DNA of 64,000 nucleotides from Eledone cirrhosa (Eukaryota), in assembly GCA_964016885.1 (NCBI GenBank), contig OZ024742.1:328104001-328168000 (forward strand), in the 5' to 3' direction. Below, one piece after another: positions 26,801 through 39,600 of the stretch. Both the position numbers and the translations under genes were made by a program. The notes below the pieces were generated by a model. That model was not told where the DNA came from and did not search any database. It was given only the letters and a program-made list of their open reading frames with translations. Each line of letters starts with the position of its first letter. Within the stretch, counting starts at the first letter, position 1.

Positions 26801-29800
26801 TTTTGGTGATAGTGTTGGTATGGTGTTGTTGTGGTTGTTTGTGGTGATAGTGTTGGTATGGTGTTGCAGTAGTTGTTTTTGGTGATAGTGTTGGTATGGT
26901 GTTGTTGTAGTTTTTTTTGGTGATAGTGTTGGTATGGTGTTGTTGTGGTTGTTGTTTTTTGTGATAGTGTTGGTATGGTGCTGTTGTGGTTGTTGTTTTT
27001 CGTGATAGTGTTGGTATGGTGTTGTTGTAGTAGATGTTTTTGGTGATAGTGTTGGTATGGTGTTGTTGTAGTTGTTTTTGGTGATAGTGTTGGTATGGTG
27101 TTGTTGTAGTTGTTTTTGGTGATAGTGTTGGTATGGTGTTGTTGTAGTAGTTGTTTTTGGTGATAGTGTTGGTATGGTGTTGTTGTAGTAGTTGTTTTTG
27201 GTGATAGTGTTTGTATGGTGTTGTTGTGGTTGTTTGTGGTGATAGTGTTGGTATGGTGTTGCAGTAGTTGTTTTTTGGTGAGAGTGTTGGTATGGTGTTG
27301 TTGTAGTTTTCTTTGGTGATAATGTTGTTATGGTGATGTTGTGGTTGTTGTTTTTGGTGATAGTGTTGGTATGGTGCTGTTGTGGTTGTTGTTTTTGGTG
27401 ATAGTGTTGGTATGGTGTTGTTGTAGTAGTTGTTTTTGGTGATAGTGTTGGTATGGTGTTGTTGTAGTTGTTTTTGGTGATAGTGTTGGTATGGTGTTGT
27501 TGTAGTTGTTTTTGGTGATAGTGTTGGTTTTGTGTTGTTGTAGTTGTTTTTGGTGATAGTGTTGGTATGGTGTTGTTGTGGTTGTTTTTGGTGATAGTGT
27601 TGGTATGGTGTTGTTGTTGTTTTTGGTGATAGTGTTGGTATGGTGTTGTTGTAGTTGTTTTTGGTGATAGTGTTGGTAGGGTGGTGTTGTAGTTGTTTTT
27701 GGTGATAGTGTTGGTATGGTGTTGTTGTGGTTGTTGTTTTTGGTGATAGTGTTGGTATGGTGTTGTGGTTGTTTTTGGTGATAGTATTGGTATGGTGTTG
27801 TAGTTGTTTTTGGTGATAGTGTTGGTATGGTGTTGTTGTAGTTGTTTTTGGTGATAGTGTTGGTATGGTGTTGTTGTGGTTGTTGTTTTTGGTGATTGTG
27901 TTGGTATGGTGTTGTTGTAGTTGTTTTTGGTGATAGTGTTGGTATGGTGTTGTTGTAGTTGTTTTTGGTGATAGTGTTGGTATGGTGTTGTTGTTGTAGT
28001 AGTTGTTTTTGGTGATAGTGTTGGTATGGTTTTGTTGTAGTAGTTTTTGGTGATAGTGTTGGTATGGTGTTGTTGTAGTAGTTGTTTTTGGTGATAGTGT
28101 TGGTATGGTGGTGTTGTAGTAGTTGTTTTTTGTGATAGTGTTGGTATGGTGTTGTAGTAGTTTTTGGTGATATTGTTGGTATGGTGTTGTTGTAGTAGTT
28201 GTTTTTAGTGATAGTGTTGGTATGGTGTTGTTGTAGTAGTTGTTTTTGGTGATAGTATTGGTATGGTGTTGTTGTAGTAGTTGTTTTTGGTGATAGTGTT
28301 GGTATGGTGTTGTTGTAGTAGTTTTTGGTGATAGTGTTGGTATGGTGTTGTTGTAGTAGTTTTTGGTGATAGTGTTGGTATGGTGTTGTTGTAGTAGTTG
28401 TTTTTGGTGATAGTGTTGGTATGGTGGTGTTGTAGTAGTTGTTTTTTGTGATAGTGTTGGTATGGTGTTGTAGTAGTTTTTGGTGATATTGTTGGTATGG
28501 TGTTGTTGTAGTAGTTGTTTTTAGTGATAGTGTTGGTATGGTGTTGTTGTAGTAGTTGTTTTTGGTGATAGTATTGGTATGGTGTTGTTGTAGTAGTTGT
28601 TTTTGGTGATTGTGTTGGTATGGTGTTGTTGTAGTAGTTGTTTTTGGTGATAGTGTTGGTATGGTGTTGTTGTAGTAGTTGTTTTTGGTGTTAGTGTTGG
28701 TATGGTGTTGTTGTAGTAGTTGTTTTTGGTGTCAGTGTTGGTATGGTGTTGTAGTAGTTGTTTTTGGTGATAGTGTTGGTATGCTGCTGTTGTAGTTGTT
28801 TTTGGTGATAGTGTTGCTATGGTGTTGTTGTAGTAGTTGTTTTTGGTGATAGTGTTGGTATGGTGTTGTTGCGGTTGTTTTTGGTGATAGTGTTGGTATG
28901 GTGTTGCTGTAGTAGTTGTTTTTGGTGATAGTGTTGGTATGGTGCTGTTGTGGTTGTTGTTTTTGGTGATAGTGTTGGTATGGTGTTGTTGTAGTTGCTT
29001 TTGGTGATAGTGTTGGTATGGTGCTGTTGTAGTTGTTTTTGGGGATAGTGTTGGTATGGTGTTGTTGTAGTAGTTGTTTTTGGTGATAGTGTTGGTATGG
29101 TGTTGTTGCAGTAGTTGTTTTTGGTGATAGCGTTGGTATGGTGTTGTTGTGGTTGTTTGTGGTGATAGTGTTGGTATGGTGTTGCAGTAGTTGTTTTTGG
29201 TGATAGTGATGGTATGGTGTTGTTGTAGTTTTTTTTGGTGATTGTGTTGGTATGGTGTTGTTGTGGTTGTTGTTTTTGGTGATAGTGTTGGTATGGTGCT
29301 GTTGTGGTTGTTGTTTTTCGTGATAGTGTTGGTATGGTGTTGTTGTAGTAGATGTTTTTGGTGATAGTGTTGGTATGGTGTTGTTGCAGTTGTTTTTGGT
29401 GATAGTGTTGGTATGGTGTTGTTGTAGTTGTTTTTGGTGATAGTGTTGGTATGGTGTTGTTGTAGTAGTTGTTTTTGGTGATAGTGTTGGTATGGTGTTG
29501 TTGTAGTAGTTGTTTTTGGTGATAGTGTTTGTATGGTGTTGTTGTGGTTGTTTGTGGTGATAGTGTTGGTATGGTGTTGCAGTAGTTGTTTTTGGTGAGA
29601 GTGTTGGTATGGTGTTGTTGTAGTTTTCTTTGGTGATAATGTTGGTATGGTGTTGTTGTGGTTGTTGTTTCTGGTGATAGTGTTGGTATGGTGCTGTTAT
29701 GGTTGTTGTTTTTGGTGATAGTGTTGGTATGGTGTTGTTGTAGTAGTTGTTTTTGGTGATAGTGTTGGTATGGTGTTGTTGTAGTTGTTTTTGGTGATAG

Positions 29801-32800
29801 TGTTGGTATGGTGTTGTTGTAGTTGTTTTTGGTGATAGTGTTGGTTTTGTGTTGTTGTAGTTGTTTTTGGTGATAGTGTTGGTATGGTGTTGTTGTAGTT
29901 TTTTTTTGGTGATAGTGTTGGTATGGTGTTGTTGTGGTTGTTGTTTTTGGTGATAGTGTTGGTATGGTGTTGTTGTGGTTGTTTTTGGTGATAGTATTGG
30001 TATGGTGTTGTTGTGGTTGTTGTTTTTGGTGATAGTGTTGGTATGGTGTTGTTGTGGTTGTTTTTGGTGATAGTATTGGTATGGTGTTGTAGTTGTTTTT
30101 GGTGATAGTGTTGGTATAGTGTTGTTGTAGTTGTTTTTGGTGATAGTGTTGGTATGGTGTTGTTGTGGTTGTTGTTTTTGGTGATTGTGTTCGTATGGTG
30201 TTGTTGTAGTTGTTTTTGGTGATAGTGTTGGTATGGTGTTGTTGTAGTTGTTTTTGGTGATAGTGTTGGTATGGTGTTGTTGTTGTAGTAGTTGTTTTTG
30301 GTGATAGTGTTGGTATGGTTTTGTTGTAGTAGTTTTTGGTGATAGTGTTGGTATGGTGTTGTTGTAGTAGTTTTTGGTGATAGTGTTGGTATGGTGTTGT
30401 AGTAGTTGTTTTTGGTGATAGTGTTGGTATGGTGTTGTTGTAGTAGTTGTTTTTGGTGATAGTGTTGGTATGGTGTTGTTGTAGTAGTTTTTGGTGATAG
30501 TGTTGGTATGGTGTTGTTGTAGTTGTTTTTGGTGATAGTGTTGCTATGGTGTTGTTGTAGTAGTTGTTTTTGGTGATAGTGTTGGTATGATGCTGTTGTA
30601 GTTGTTTTTGGTGATAGTGTTGGTATGGTGCTGTTGTAGTTGTTTTTGGTGATAGTGTTGGTATGGTGTTGTTGTGGTTGTTTTTGGTGATAGTATTGGC
30701 ATGGTGTTGTAGTAGTTGTTTTTGGTGATAGTGTTGGTATGGTGTTGTTGTAGTAGTTGTTTTTGGTGATAGTGTTGGTATGGTGTTGTTGTAGTAGTTT
30801 TTGGTGATAGTGTTGGTATGGTGTTGTTGTAGTAGTTTTTGGTGATAGTGTTGGTATGGTGTTGTTGTAGTAGTTGTTTTTGGTGATAGTGTTGGTATGG
30901 TGTTGTTGTAGTAGTTGTTTTTTGTGATAGTGTTGGTATGGTGTTGTAGTAGTTTTTGGTGATATTGTTGGTATGGTGTTGTTGTAGTAGTTGTTTTTAG
31001 TGATAGTGTTGGTATGGTGTTGTTGTAGTAGTTGTTTTTGGTGATAGTATTGGTATGGTGTTGTTGTAGTAGTTGTTTTTGGTGATTGTGTTGGTATGGT
31101 GTTGTTGTAGTAGTTGTTTTTGGTGATAGTGTTGGTATGGTGTTGTTGTAGTAGTTGTTTTTGGTGTTAGTGTTGGTATGGTGTTGTTGTAGTAGTTGTT
31201 TTTGGTGTCAGTGTTGGTATGGTGTTGTAGTAGTTGTTTTTGGTGATAGTGTTGGTATGCTGCTGTTGTAGTTGTTTTTGGTGATAGTGTTGCTATGATG
31301 TTGTTGTAGTAGTTGTATTTGGTGATAGTGTTGGTATGGTGTTGTTGCGGTTGTTTTTGGTGATAGTGTTGGTATGGTGTTGCTGTAGTTGTTTTTGGTG
31401 ATAGTGTTGGTATGGTGTTGTTGTAGTAGTTGTTTTTGGTGATAGTGTTGGTATGGTGTTGTTGCAGTAGTTGTTTTTGGTGATAGCGTTGGTATGGTGT
31501 TGTTGTGGTTGTTTGTGGTGATAGTGTTGGTATGGTGTTGCAGTAGTTGTTTTTGGTGATAGTGTTGGTATGGTGTTGTTGTAGTTTTTTTTGGTGATAG
31601 TGTTGGTATGGTGTTGTGGTTGTTGTTTTTGGTGATAGTGTTGGTATGGTGCTGTTGTGGTTGTTGTTTTTCGTGATAGTGTTGGTATGGTGTTGTTGTA
31701 GTAGATGTTTTTGGTGATAGTGTTGGTATGGTGTTGTTGCAGTTGTTTTTGGTGATAGTGTTGGTATGGTGTTGTTGTAGTTGTTTTTGGTGATAGTGTT
31801 GGTATGGTGTTGTTGTAGTAGTTGTTTTTGGTGATAGTGTTGGTATGGTGTTGTTGTAGTAGTTGTTTTTGGTGATAGTGTTTGTATGGTGTTGTTGTGG
31901 TTGTTTGTGGTGATAGTGTTGGTATGGTGTTGCAGTAGTTGTTTTTGGTGAGAGTGTTGGTATGGTGTTGTTGTAGTTTTCTTTGGTGATAATGTTGGTA
32001 TGGTGTTGTTGTGGTTGTTGTTTCTGGTGATAGTGTTGGTATGGTGCTGTTATGGTTGTTGTTTTTGGTGATAGTGTTGGTATGGTGTTGTTGTAGTAGT
32101 TGTTTTTGGTGATAGTGTTGGTATGGTGTTGTTGTAGTTGTTTTTGGTGATAGTGTTGGTATGGTGTTGTTGTAGTTGTTTTTGGTGATAGTGTTGGTTT
32201 TGTGTTGTTGTAGTTGTTTTTGGTGATAGTGTTGGTATGGTGTTGCAGTAGTTGTTTTTGGTGAGAGTGTTGGTATGGTGTTGTTGTTGTTTTTTTTTGG
32301 TGATAGTGTTGGTATGGTGTTGTTGTGGTTGTTGTTTTTGGTGATAGTGTTGGTATGGTGCTGTTGTTGTTTTTGGTGATAGTGTTGGTATGGTGTTGTT
32401 GTGGTTGTTGTTTTTGGTGATAGTGTTGGTATGGTGTTGTTGTGGTTGTTTTTGGTGATAGTATTGGTATGGTGTTGTAGTTGTTTTTGATGATAGTGTT
32501 GGTATGGTGTTGTTGTAGTTGTTTTTGGTGATAGTGTTGGTATGGTGTTGTTGTGGTTGTTGTTTTTGGTGATTGTGTTGGTATGGTGTTGTTGTAGTTG
32601 TTTTTGGTGATAGTGTTGGTATGGTGTTGTTGTAGTTGTTTTTGGTGATAGTGTTGGTATGGTGTTGTTGTTGTAGTAGTTGTTTTTGGTGATAGTGTTG
32701 GTATGGTTTTGTTGTAGTAGTTTTTGGTGATAGTGTTGGTATGGTGTTGTTGTAGTAGTTTTTGGTGATAGTGTTGGTATGGTGTTGTAGTAGTTGTTTT

Positions 32801-33600
32801 TGGTGATAGTGTTGGTATGGTGTTGTTGTAGTAGTTGTTTTTGGTGATAGTGTTGGTATGGTGTTGTTGTAGTAGTTTTTGGTGATAGTGTTGGTATGGT
32901 GTTGTTGTAGTAGTTTTTGGTGATAGTGTTGGTATGGTGTTGTTGTAGTAGTTGTTTTTGGTGATAGTGTTGGTATGGTGGTGTTGTAGTAGTTGTTTTT
33001 TGTGATAGTGTTGGTATGGTGTTGTAGTAGTTTTTGGTGATATTGTTGGTATGGTGTTGTTGTAGTAGTTGTTTTTAGTGATAGTGTTGGTATGGTGTTG
33101 TTGTAGTAGTTGTTTTTGGTGATAGTATTGGTATGGTGTTGTTGTAGTAGTTGTTTTTGGTGATTGTGTTGGTATGGTGTTGTTGTAGTAGTTGTTTTTG
33201 GTGATAGTGTTGGTATGGTGTTGTTGTAGTAGTTGTTTTTTGTGTTAGTGTTGGTATGGTGTTGTTGTAGTAGTTGTTTTTGGTGTCAGTGTTGGTATGG
33301 TGTTGTAGTAGTTGTTTTTGGTGATAGTGTTGATATGGTGTTGTTGTAGTTGCTTTTGGTGATAGTGTTGGTATGCTGCTGTTGTAGTTGTTTTTGGTGA
33401 TAGTGTTGCTATGGTGTTGTTGTAGTAGTTGTTTTTGGTGATAGTGTTGGTATCATGTTGTTGTAGTTGTTTTTGGTGATAGTGTTGGTATGGTGCTGTT
33501 GTAGTTGTTTTTGGTGATAGTGTTGGTATGGTGTTGTTGTGGTTGTTTTTGGTGATAGTATTGGTATGGTGTTGTTGTTGTTTTTGGTGATAGTGTTGGT
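16295..33600. repeat. Higher-order block M, copy A (~17.3 kb = ~12.3 kb plus an internal 4.98-kb duplication)
   Basis: GTGTCGTTG C at 16740 vs 34044, GTCGG at 17835 vs 35139 and GTTCGTATG at 19141 vs 36445 all give offset 17304. Confidence 0.88.
20593..30558. repeat. Near-identical 4,980-bp tandem duplication
   Basis: Printed lines from 20641 and from 25621 match in register. Only four substitutions were noticed (22303/27283, 24229/29209, 25139/30119, 25403/30383). Confidence 0.95.
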
Positions 33601-36600
33601 ATGGTGTTGTTGTAGTAGTTGTTTTTGGTGATAGTGTTGGTATGGTGTTGTTGTAGTAGTTGTTTTTGGTGATAGTGTTGCTATGGTGTTGTTGTAGTAG
33701 TTGTTTTTGGTGTTAGTGTTGGTATGGTGTTGTTGTAGTAGTTGTTTTTGGTGTTAGTGTTGGTATGGTGTTGTAGTAGTTGTTTTTGGTGATAGTGTTG
33801 GTATGGTGTTGTTGTAGTAGTTGTTTTTGGTGATAGTGTTGGTATGGTGTTGTTGTAGTTGTTTTTGGTGATAGTGTTGGTATGGTGTTGTTGTAGTTGT
33901 TTTTGGTGATAGTGTTGGTTTTGTGTTGTTGTAGCTGTTTTTGGTGATAGTGTTGGTATGGTGTTGTTGTAGTTGTTTTTGGTGATAGTGTTGGTATGGT
34001 GTTGTTGTGGTTGTTGTTTTTGGTGATAGTGTTGGTATGGTGTCGTTGTGGTTGTTTTTGGTGATAGTATTGGAATGGTGTTGTAGTTGTTTTTGGTGAT
34101 AGTGTTGGTATGGTGTTTTTGTAGTTGTTTTTGGTGATAGTGTTGGTATGGTGTTGTTGTGGTTGTTGTTTTTGGTGATAGTGTTGGTATGGTGTTGTTA
34201 TAGTTGTTTTTGGTGATAGTGTTGGTATGGTGTTGTTGTTGTAGTAGTTGTTTTTGGTGATAGTGTTGGTATGGTGTTGTTGTAGTAGTTTTTGGTGATA
34301 GTGTTGCGATGGTGTTGTTGTAGTAGTTGTTTTTGGTGATAGTGTTGGTATGGTGTTGTTGTAGTAGTTGTTTTTGGTGGTAGTGTTGGTATGGTGTTGT
34401 TGTAGTAGTTTTTGGTGATAGTGTTTCTATGGTGTTGTTATAGTAGTTTTTGGTGATAGTGTTGGTATGGTGTTGTTGTAGTAGTTGTTTTTGGTGATAG
34501 TGTTGGTATGGTGTTGTTGTAGTAGTTGTTTTTGGTGATAGTGTTGGTATGGTGTTGTTGTAGTAGTTTTTGGTGATATTGTTGGTATGGTGTTGTTGTA
34601 GTAGTTGTTTTTAGTGATAGTGTTGGTATGGTGTTTTTGTAGTAGTTGTTTTTGGTGATAGTATTGGTATGGTGTTGTTGTAGTAGTTGTTTTTGGTGAT
34701 AGTGTTGGTATGGTGTTGTTGTAGTAGTTGTTTTTGGTGATAGTGTTGGTATGGTGTTGTTGTAGTAGTTGTTTTTGGTGATAGTGTTGGTATGGTGTTG
34801 TTGTAGTAGTTGTTTTTGATGTTAGTGTTGGTATGGTGTTGTAGTAGTTGTTTTTGGTGATAGTGTTGGTATGGTGTTGTTGTAGTTGTTTTTGGTGATA
34901 GTGTTGGTATGGTGTTGTTGTAGTTGTTTTTGGTGATAGTGTTGGTATGGTGTTGTTGTGGTTGTTGTTTTTGGTGATAGTGTTGGTATGGTGTTGTTGT
35001 AGTAGGTTTTGGTGATAGTGTTGGTATGGTGTTGTTGTGGTTGTTGTTTTTGGTGATAGTGTTGGTATGGTGTTGTTGTAGTAGGTTTTGGTGATAGTGT
35101 TGGTATGGTGTTGTTCTAGTTGTTTTTGGTGATAGTGTCGGTATGGTGTTGTTGTGGTTGTTGTTTTTGGTGATAGTGTTGGTATGGTGTTGTTGTTGTT
35201 GTTGTTTTTGGTGATAGTGTTGGTATGGTGTTGTTGTAGTTGTTTTTGGTGATAGTGTTGGTATGGTGTTGTTGTGGATGTTGTTTTTGGTGATAGTGTT
35301 GGTATGGTGTTGTTGTGGTTGTTTTTGGTGATAGTATTGGTATGGTGTTGTAGTTGTTTTTGGTAATAGTGTTGGTATGGTGTTGTTGTAGTTGTTTTTG
35401 GTGATAGTGTTGGTATGGTGTTGTTGTAGATGTTTTTGGTGATAGTGTTGGTATGGTGTTGTTGTAGTTGTTTTTGGTGATAGTGTTGGTATGGTGTTGT
35501 TGTGGTTGTTGTTTTTGGTGATAGTGTTGGTATGGTGTTGTTGTTGTTGTTTTTGGTGATAGTGTTGGTATGGTGTTGTTGTGGTTGTTGTTTTTGGTGA
35601 TAGTGTTGGTATGGTGTTGTTGTGGTTGTTTTTGGTGATAGTATTGGTATGGTGTTGTAGTTGTTTTTGGTGATAGTGTTGGTATGGTGTTTTTGTAGTT
35701 GTTTTTGGTGATAGTGTTGGTATGGTGTTGTTGTGGTTGTTGTTTTTGGTGATAGTGTTGGTATGGTGTTGTTGTAGTTGTTTTTGGTGATAGTGTTGGT
35801 ATGGTGTTGTTGTTGTAGTAGTTGTTTTTGTTGATAGTGTTGGTATGGTGTTGTTGTAGTAGTTGTTGGTGATAGTGTTGGTATGGTGTTGTTGCAGTAG
35901 TTGTTTTTGGTGATAGTGTTGGTATGGTGTTGTTGTAGTAGTTGTTTTTGGTGATAGTGTTGGTATGGTGTTGTTGTAGTAGTTTTTGGTGATAGTGTTG
36001 GTATGGTGTTGTTGTAGTAGTTGTTTTTGGTGATAGTGTTGGTATGGTGTTGTTGTAGTAGTGATTTTTGGTGATAGTGTTGGTATGGTGTTGTTGTAGT
36101 AGTTTTTGGTGATATTGTTGGTATGGTGTTGTTGTAGTAGTTGTTTTTAGTGATAGTGTTGGTATGGTGTTGTTGTAGTAGTTGTTTTTGGTGATAGTAT
36201 TGGTATGGTGTTGTTGTAGTAGTTGTTTTTGGTGATAGTGTTGGTATGGTGTTGTTGTAGTAGTTGTTTTTGGTGATAGTGTTGGTATGGTGTTGTTGTA
36301 GTAGTTGTTTTTGGTGTTAGTGTTGGTATGGTGTTGTTGTAGTAGTTGTTTTTGGTGTTAGTGTTGGTATGGTGTTGTAGTAGTTGTTTTTGGTGATAGT
36401 GTTGGTATGGTGTTGTTGTAGTAGTTGTTTTTGGTGATAGTGTTCGTATGGTGTTGTTGTAGTTGTTTTTGGTGATAGTGTTGGTATGGTGTTGTTGTAG
36501 TTGTTTTTGGTGATAGTGTTGGTTTTGTGTTGTTGTAGCTGTTTTTGGTGATAGTGTTGGTATGGTGTTGTTGTAGTTGTTTTTGGTGATAGTGTTGGTA

Positions 36601-39600
36601 TGGTGTTGTTGTGGTTGTTGTTTTTGGTGATAGTGTTGGTATGGTGTTGTTGTGGTAGTTGTTTTTGGTGATAGTGTTGGTATGGTGTTATTGTAGTAGT
36701 TGTTTTTGGTGGTAGTGTTGGTATGGTGTTGTTGTAGTAGTTTTTTTTGGTGTTAGTGTTGGTATGGTGTTGTTGTAGTAGTTGTTTTTGATGTTAGTGT
36801 TGGTATGGTGTTGTAGTAGTAGTTGTTTTTGGTGATAGTGTTGGTATGGTGTTGTTGTAGTAGTTGTTTTTGGTGTTAGTGTTGGTATGGTGTTGTTGTA
36901 GTAGTTGTTTTTGATGTTAGTGTTGGTATGGTGTTGTAGTAGTTGTTTTTGGTGATAGTGTTGGTATGGTGTTGTAGTTGTTTTTGGTGATAGTGTTGGT
37001 ATGGTGTTGTTGTAGTTGTTTTTGGTGATAGTGTTGGTATGGTGTTGTTGTGGTTGTTGTTTTTGGTGATAGTGTTGGTATGGTGTTGTTGTAGTAGGTT
37101 TTGGTGATAGTGTTGGTATGGTGTTGTTGTGGTTGTTGTTTTTGGTGATAGTGTTGGTATGGTGTTGTTGTAGTAGGTTTTGGTGATAGTGTTGGTATGG
37201 TGTGGTTGTTGTTTTTGGTGATAGTGTTGGTATGGTGTTGTAGTTGTTTTTGGTGATAGTGTTGGTACGGTGTTGTTGTAGTTGTTTTTGGTGATAGTGT
37301 TGGTATGGTGTTGTTGTGGTTGTTGTTTTTGGTGATAGTGTTGGTATGGTGTTGTTGTAGTAGGTTTTGGTGATAGTGTTGGTATGGTGTTGTTGTGGTT
37401 GTTGTTTTTGGTGATAGTGTTGGTATGGTGTTGTAGTTGTTTTTGGTGATAGTGTTGGTATGGTGTTGTTGTAATAGTTTTTGGTGATAGTGTTGGTATG
37501 GTGTTGTTGTAGTAGTTGTTTTTGGTGATAGTGTTGGTATGGTGTTGTTGTAGTTGTTTTTGGTGATAGTGTTGGTTTTGTGTTGTTGTAGTAGTTGTTT
37601 TTGGTGATAGTGTTGGTATGGTGTTGTTGTAGTTGTTTTTAGTGATAGTGTTGGTTTTGTGTTGTTGTAGTTGTTTTTGGTGATAGTGTTGGTAAGGTGT
37701 TGTTGTGGTTGTTTTTGGTGATAGTGTTGGTATGGTGCTGTTGTAGTTGTTTTTGGTGTTAGTGTTGTTATGGTGTTGTTGTAGTTGTTTTTGGTGATAG
37801 TGTTGGTATGGTGTTGTTGAGGTTGTTTTTGGTGATAGTGTTGGTATGGTGTTGTTGCAGTAGTTGTTTTTGGTGATAGTGTTGGAATGGTGTTGTTGTA
37901 GTTGTTTTTGGTGATATTGTTGGTATGGTGTTGTTGTAGTTGTTTTTGGTGATAGTGTTGGTATGGTGTTGTTGTGGTTGTTTTTGGTGATAGCGTTGGT
38001 ATGGTGTTGTTGTAGTAGTTGTTTTTGATGATAGTGTTGGTATGGTGTTGTTGTAGTTGTTTTGGGTGATAGTGTTGGTATGGTGTTGTTGTAGTAGTTG
38101 TTTTTGGTGATAGTGTTGGTATGGTGTTGTTGTGGTTGTTTTTGGTGATAGTGTTGGTATGGTGTTGTTGTAGTAGTTTTTTTGGTGATAGTGTTGGTAT
38201 GGTGTTGTTGTGGTTGTTTTTGGTGATAGTGTTGATATGGTGTTGTTGTAGTTGCTTTTGGTGATAGTGTTGGTATGGTGCTGTTGTAGTTGTTTTTGGT
38301 GATAGTGTTGCTATGGTGTTGTTGTAGTAGTTGTTTTTGGTGATAGTGTTGGTATGGTGTTGTTGTAGTAGTTGTTTTTGGTGATAGTGTTGGTATGATG
38401 TTGTTGTAGTTGTTTTTGGTGATAGTGTTGGTATGGTGCTGTTGTAGTTGTTTTTGGTGATAGTGTTGGTATGGTGTTGTTGTGGTTGTTTTTGGTGATA
38501 GTATTGGTATGGTGTTGTTGTTGTTTTTGGTGATAGTGTTGGTATGGTGTTGTTGTTGTAGTAGTTGTTTTTGGTGATAGTGTTGGTATGGTTTTGTTGT
38601 AGTAGTTTTTGGTGATAGTGTTGGTATGGTGTTGTTGTAGTAGTTTTTGGTGATAGTGTTGGTATGGTGTTGTAGTAGTTGTTTTTGGTGATAGTGTTGG
38701 TATGGTGTTGTTGTAGTAGTTGTTTTTGGTGATAGTGTTGGTATGGTGTTGTTGCGGTTGTTTTTGGTGATAGTGTTGGTATGGTGTTGTTGTAGTAGTT
38801 GTTTTTGGTGATAGTGTTGGTATGGTGTTGTTGTGGTTGTTGTTTTTGGTGATAGTGTTGGTATGGTGTTGTTGTAGTTGCTTTTGGTGATAGTGTTGGT
38901 ATGGTGCTGTTGTAGTTGTTTTTGGTGATAGTGTTGGTATGGTGTTGTTGTAGTAGTTGTTTTTGGTGATAGTGTTGGTATGGTGTTGTTGCAGTAGTTG
39001 TTTTTCGTGATAGTGTTGGTATGGTGTTGTTGTGGTTGTTTGTGGTGATAGTGTTGGTATGGTGTTGCAGTAGTTGTTTTTGGTGATAGTGTTGGTATGG
39101 TGTTGTTGTAGTTTTTTTTGGTGATAGTGTTGGTATGGTGTTGTTGTGGTTGTTGTTTTTTGTGATAGTGTTGGTATGGTGCTGTTGTGGTTGTTGTTTT
39201 TCGTGATAGTGTTTGTATGGTGTTGTTGTGGTTGTTTGTGGTGATAGTGTTGGTATGGTGTTGCAGTAGTTGTTTTTTGGTGAGAGTGTTGGTATGGTGT
39301 TGTTGTAGTTTTCTTTGGTGATAATGTTGTTATGGTGATGTTGTGGTTGTTGTTTTTGGTGATAGTGTTGGTATGGTGCTGTTGTTGTTTTTGGTGATAG
39401 TGTTGGTATGGTGTTGTTGTAGTAGTTGTTTTTGGTGATAGTGTTGGTATGGTGTTGTTGTAGTTGTTTTTGGTGATAGTGTTGGTATGGTGTTGTTGTA
39501 GTTGTTTTTGGTGATAGTGTTGGTTTTGTGTTGTTGTAGTTGTTTTTGGTGATAGTGTTGGTATGGTGTTGTTGTGGTTGTTTTTGGTGATAGTGTTGGT

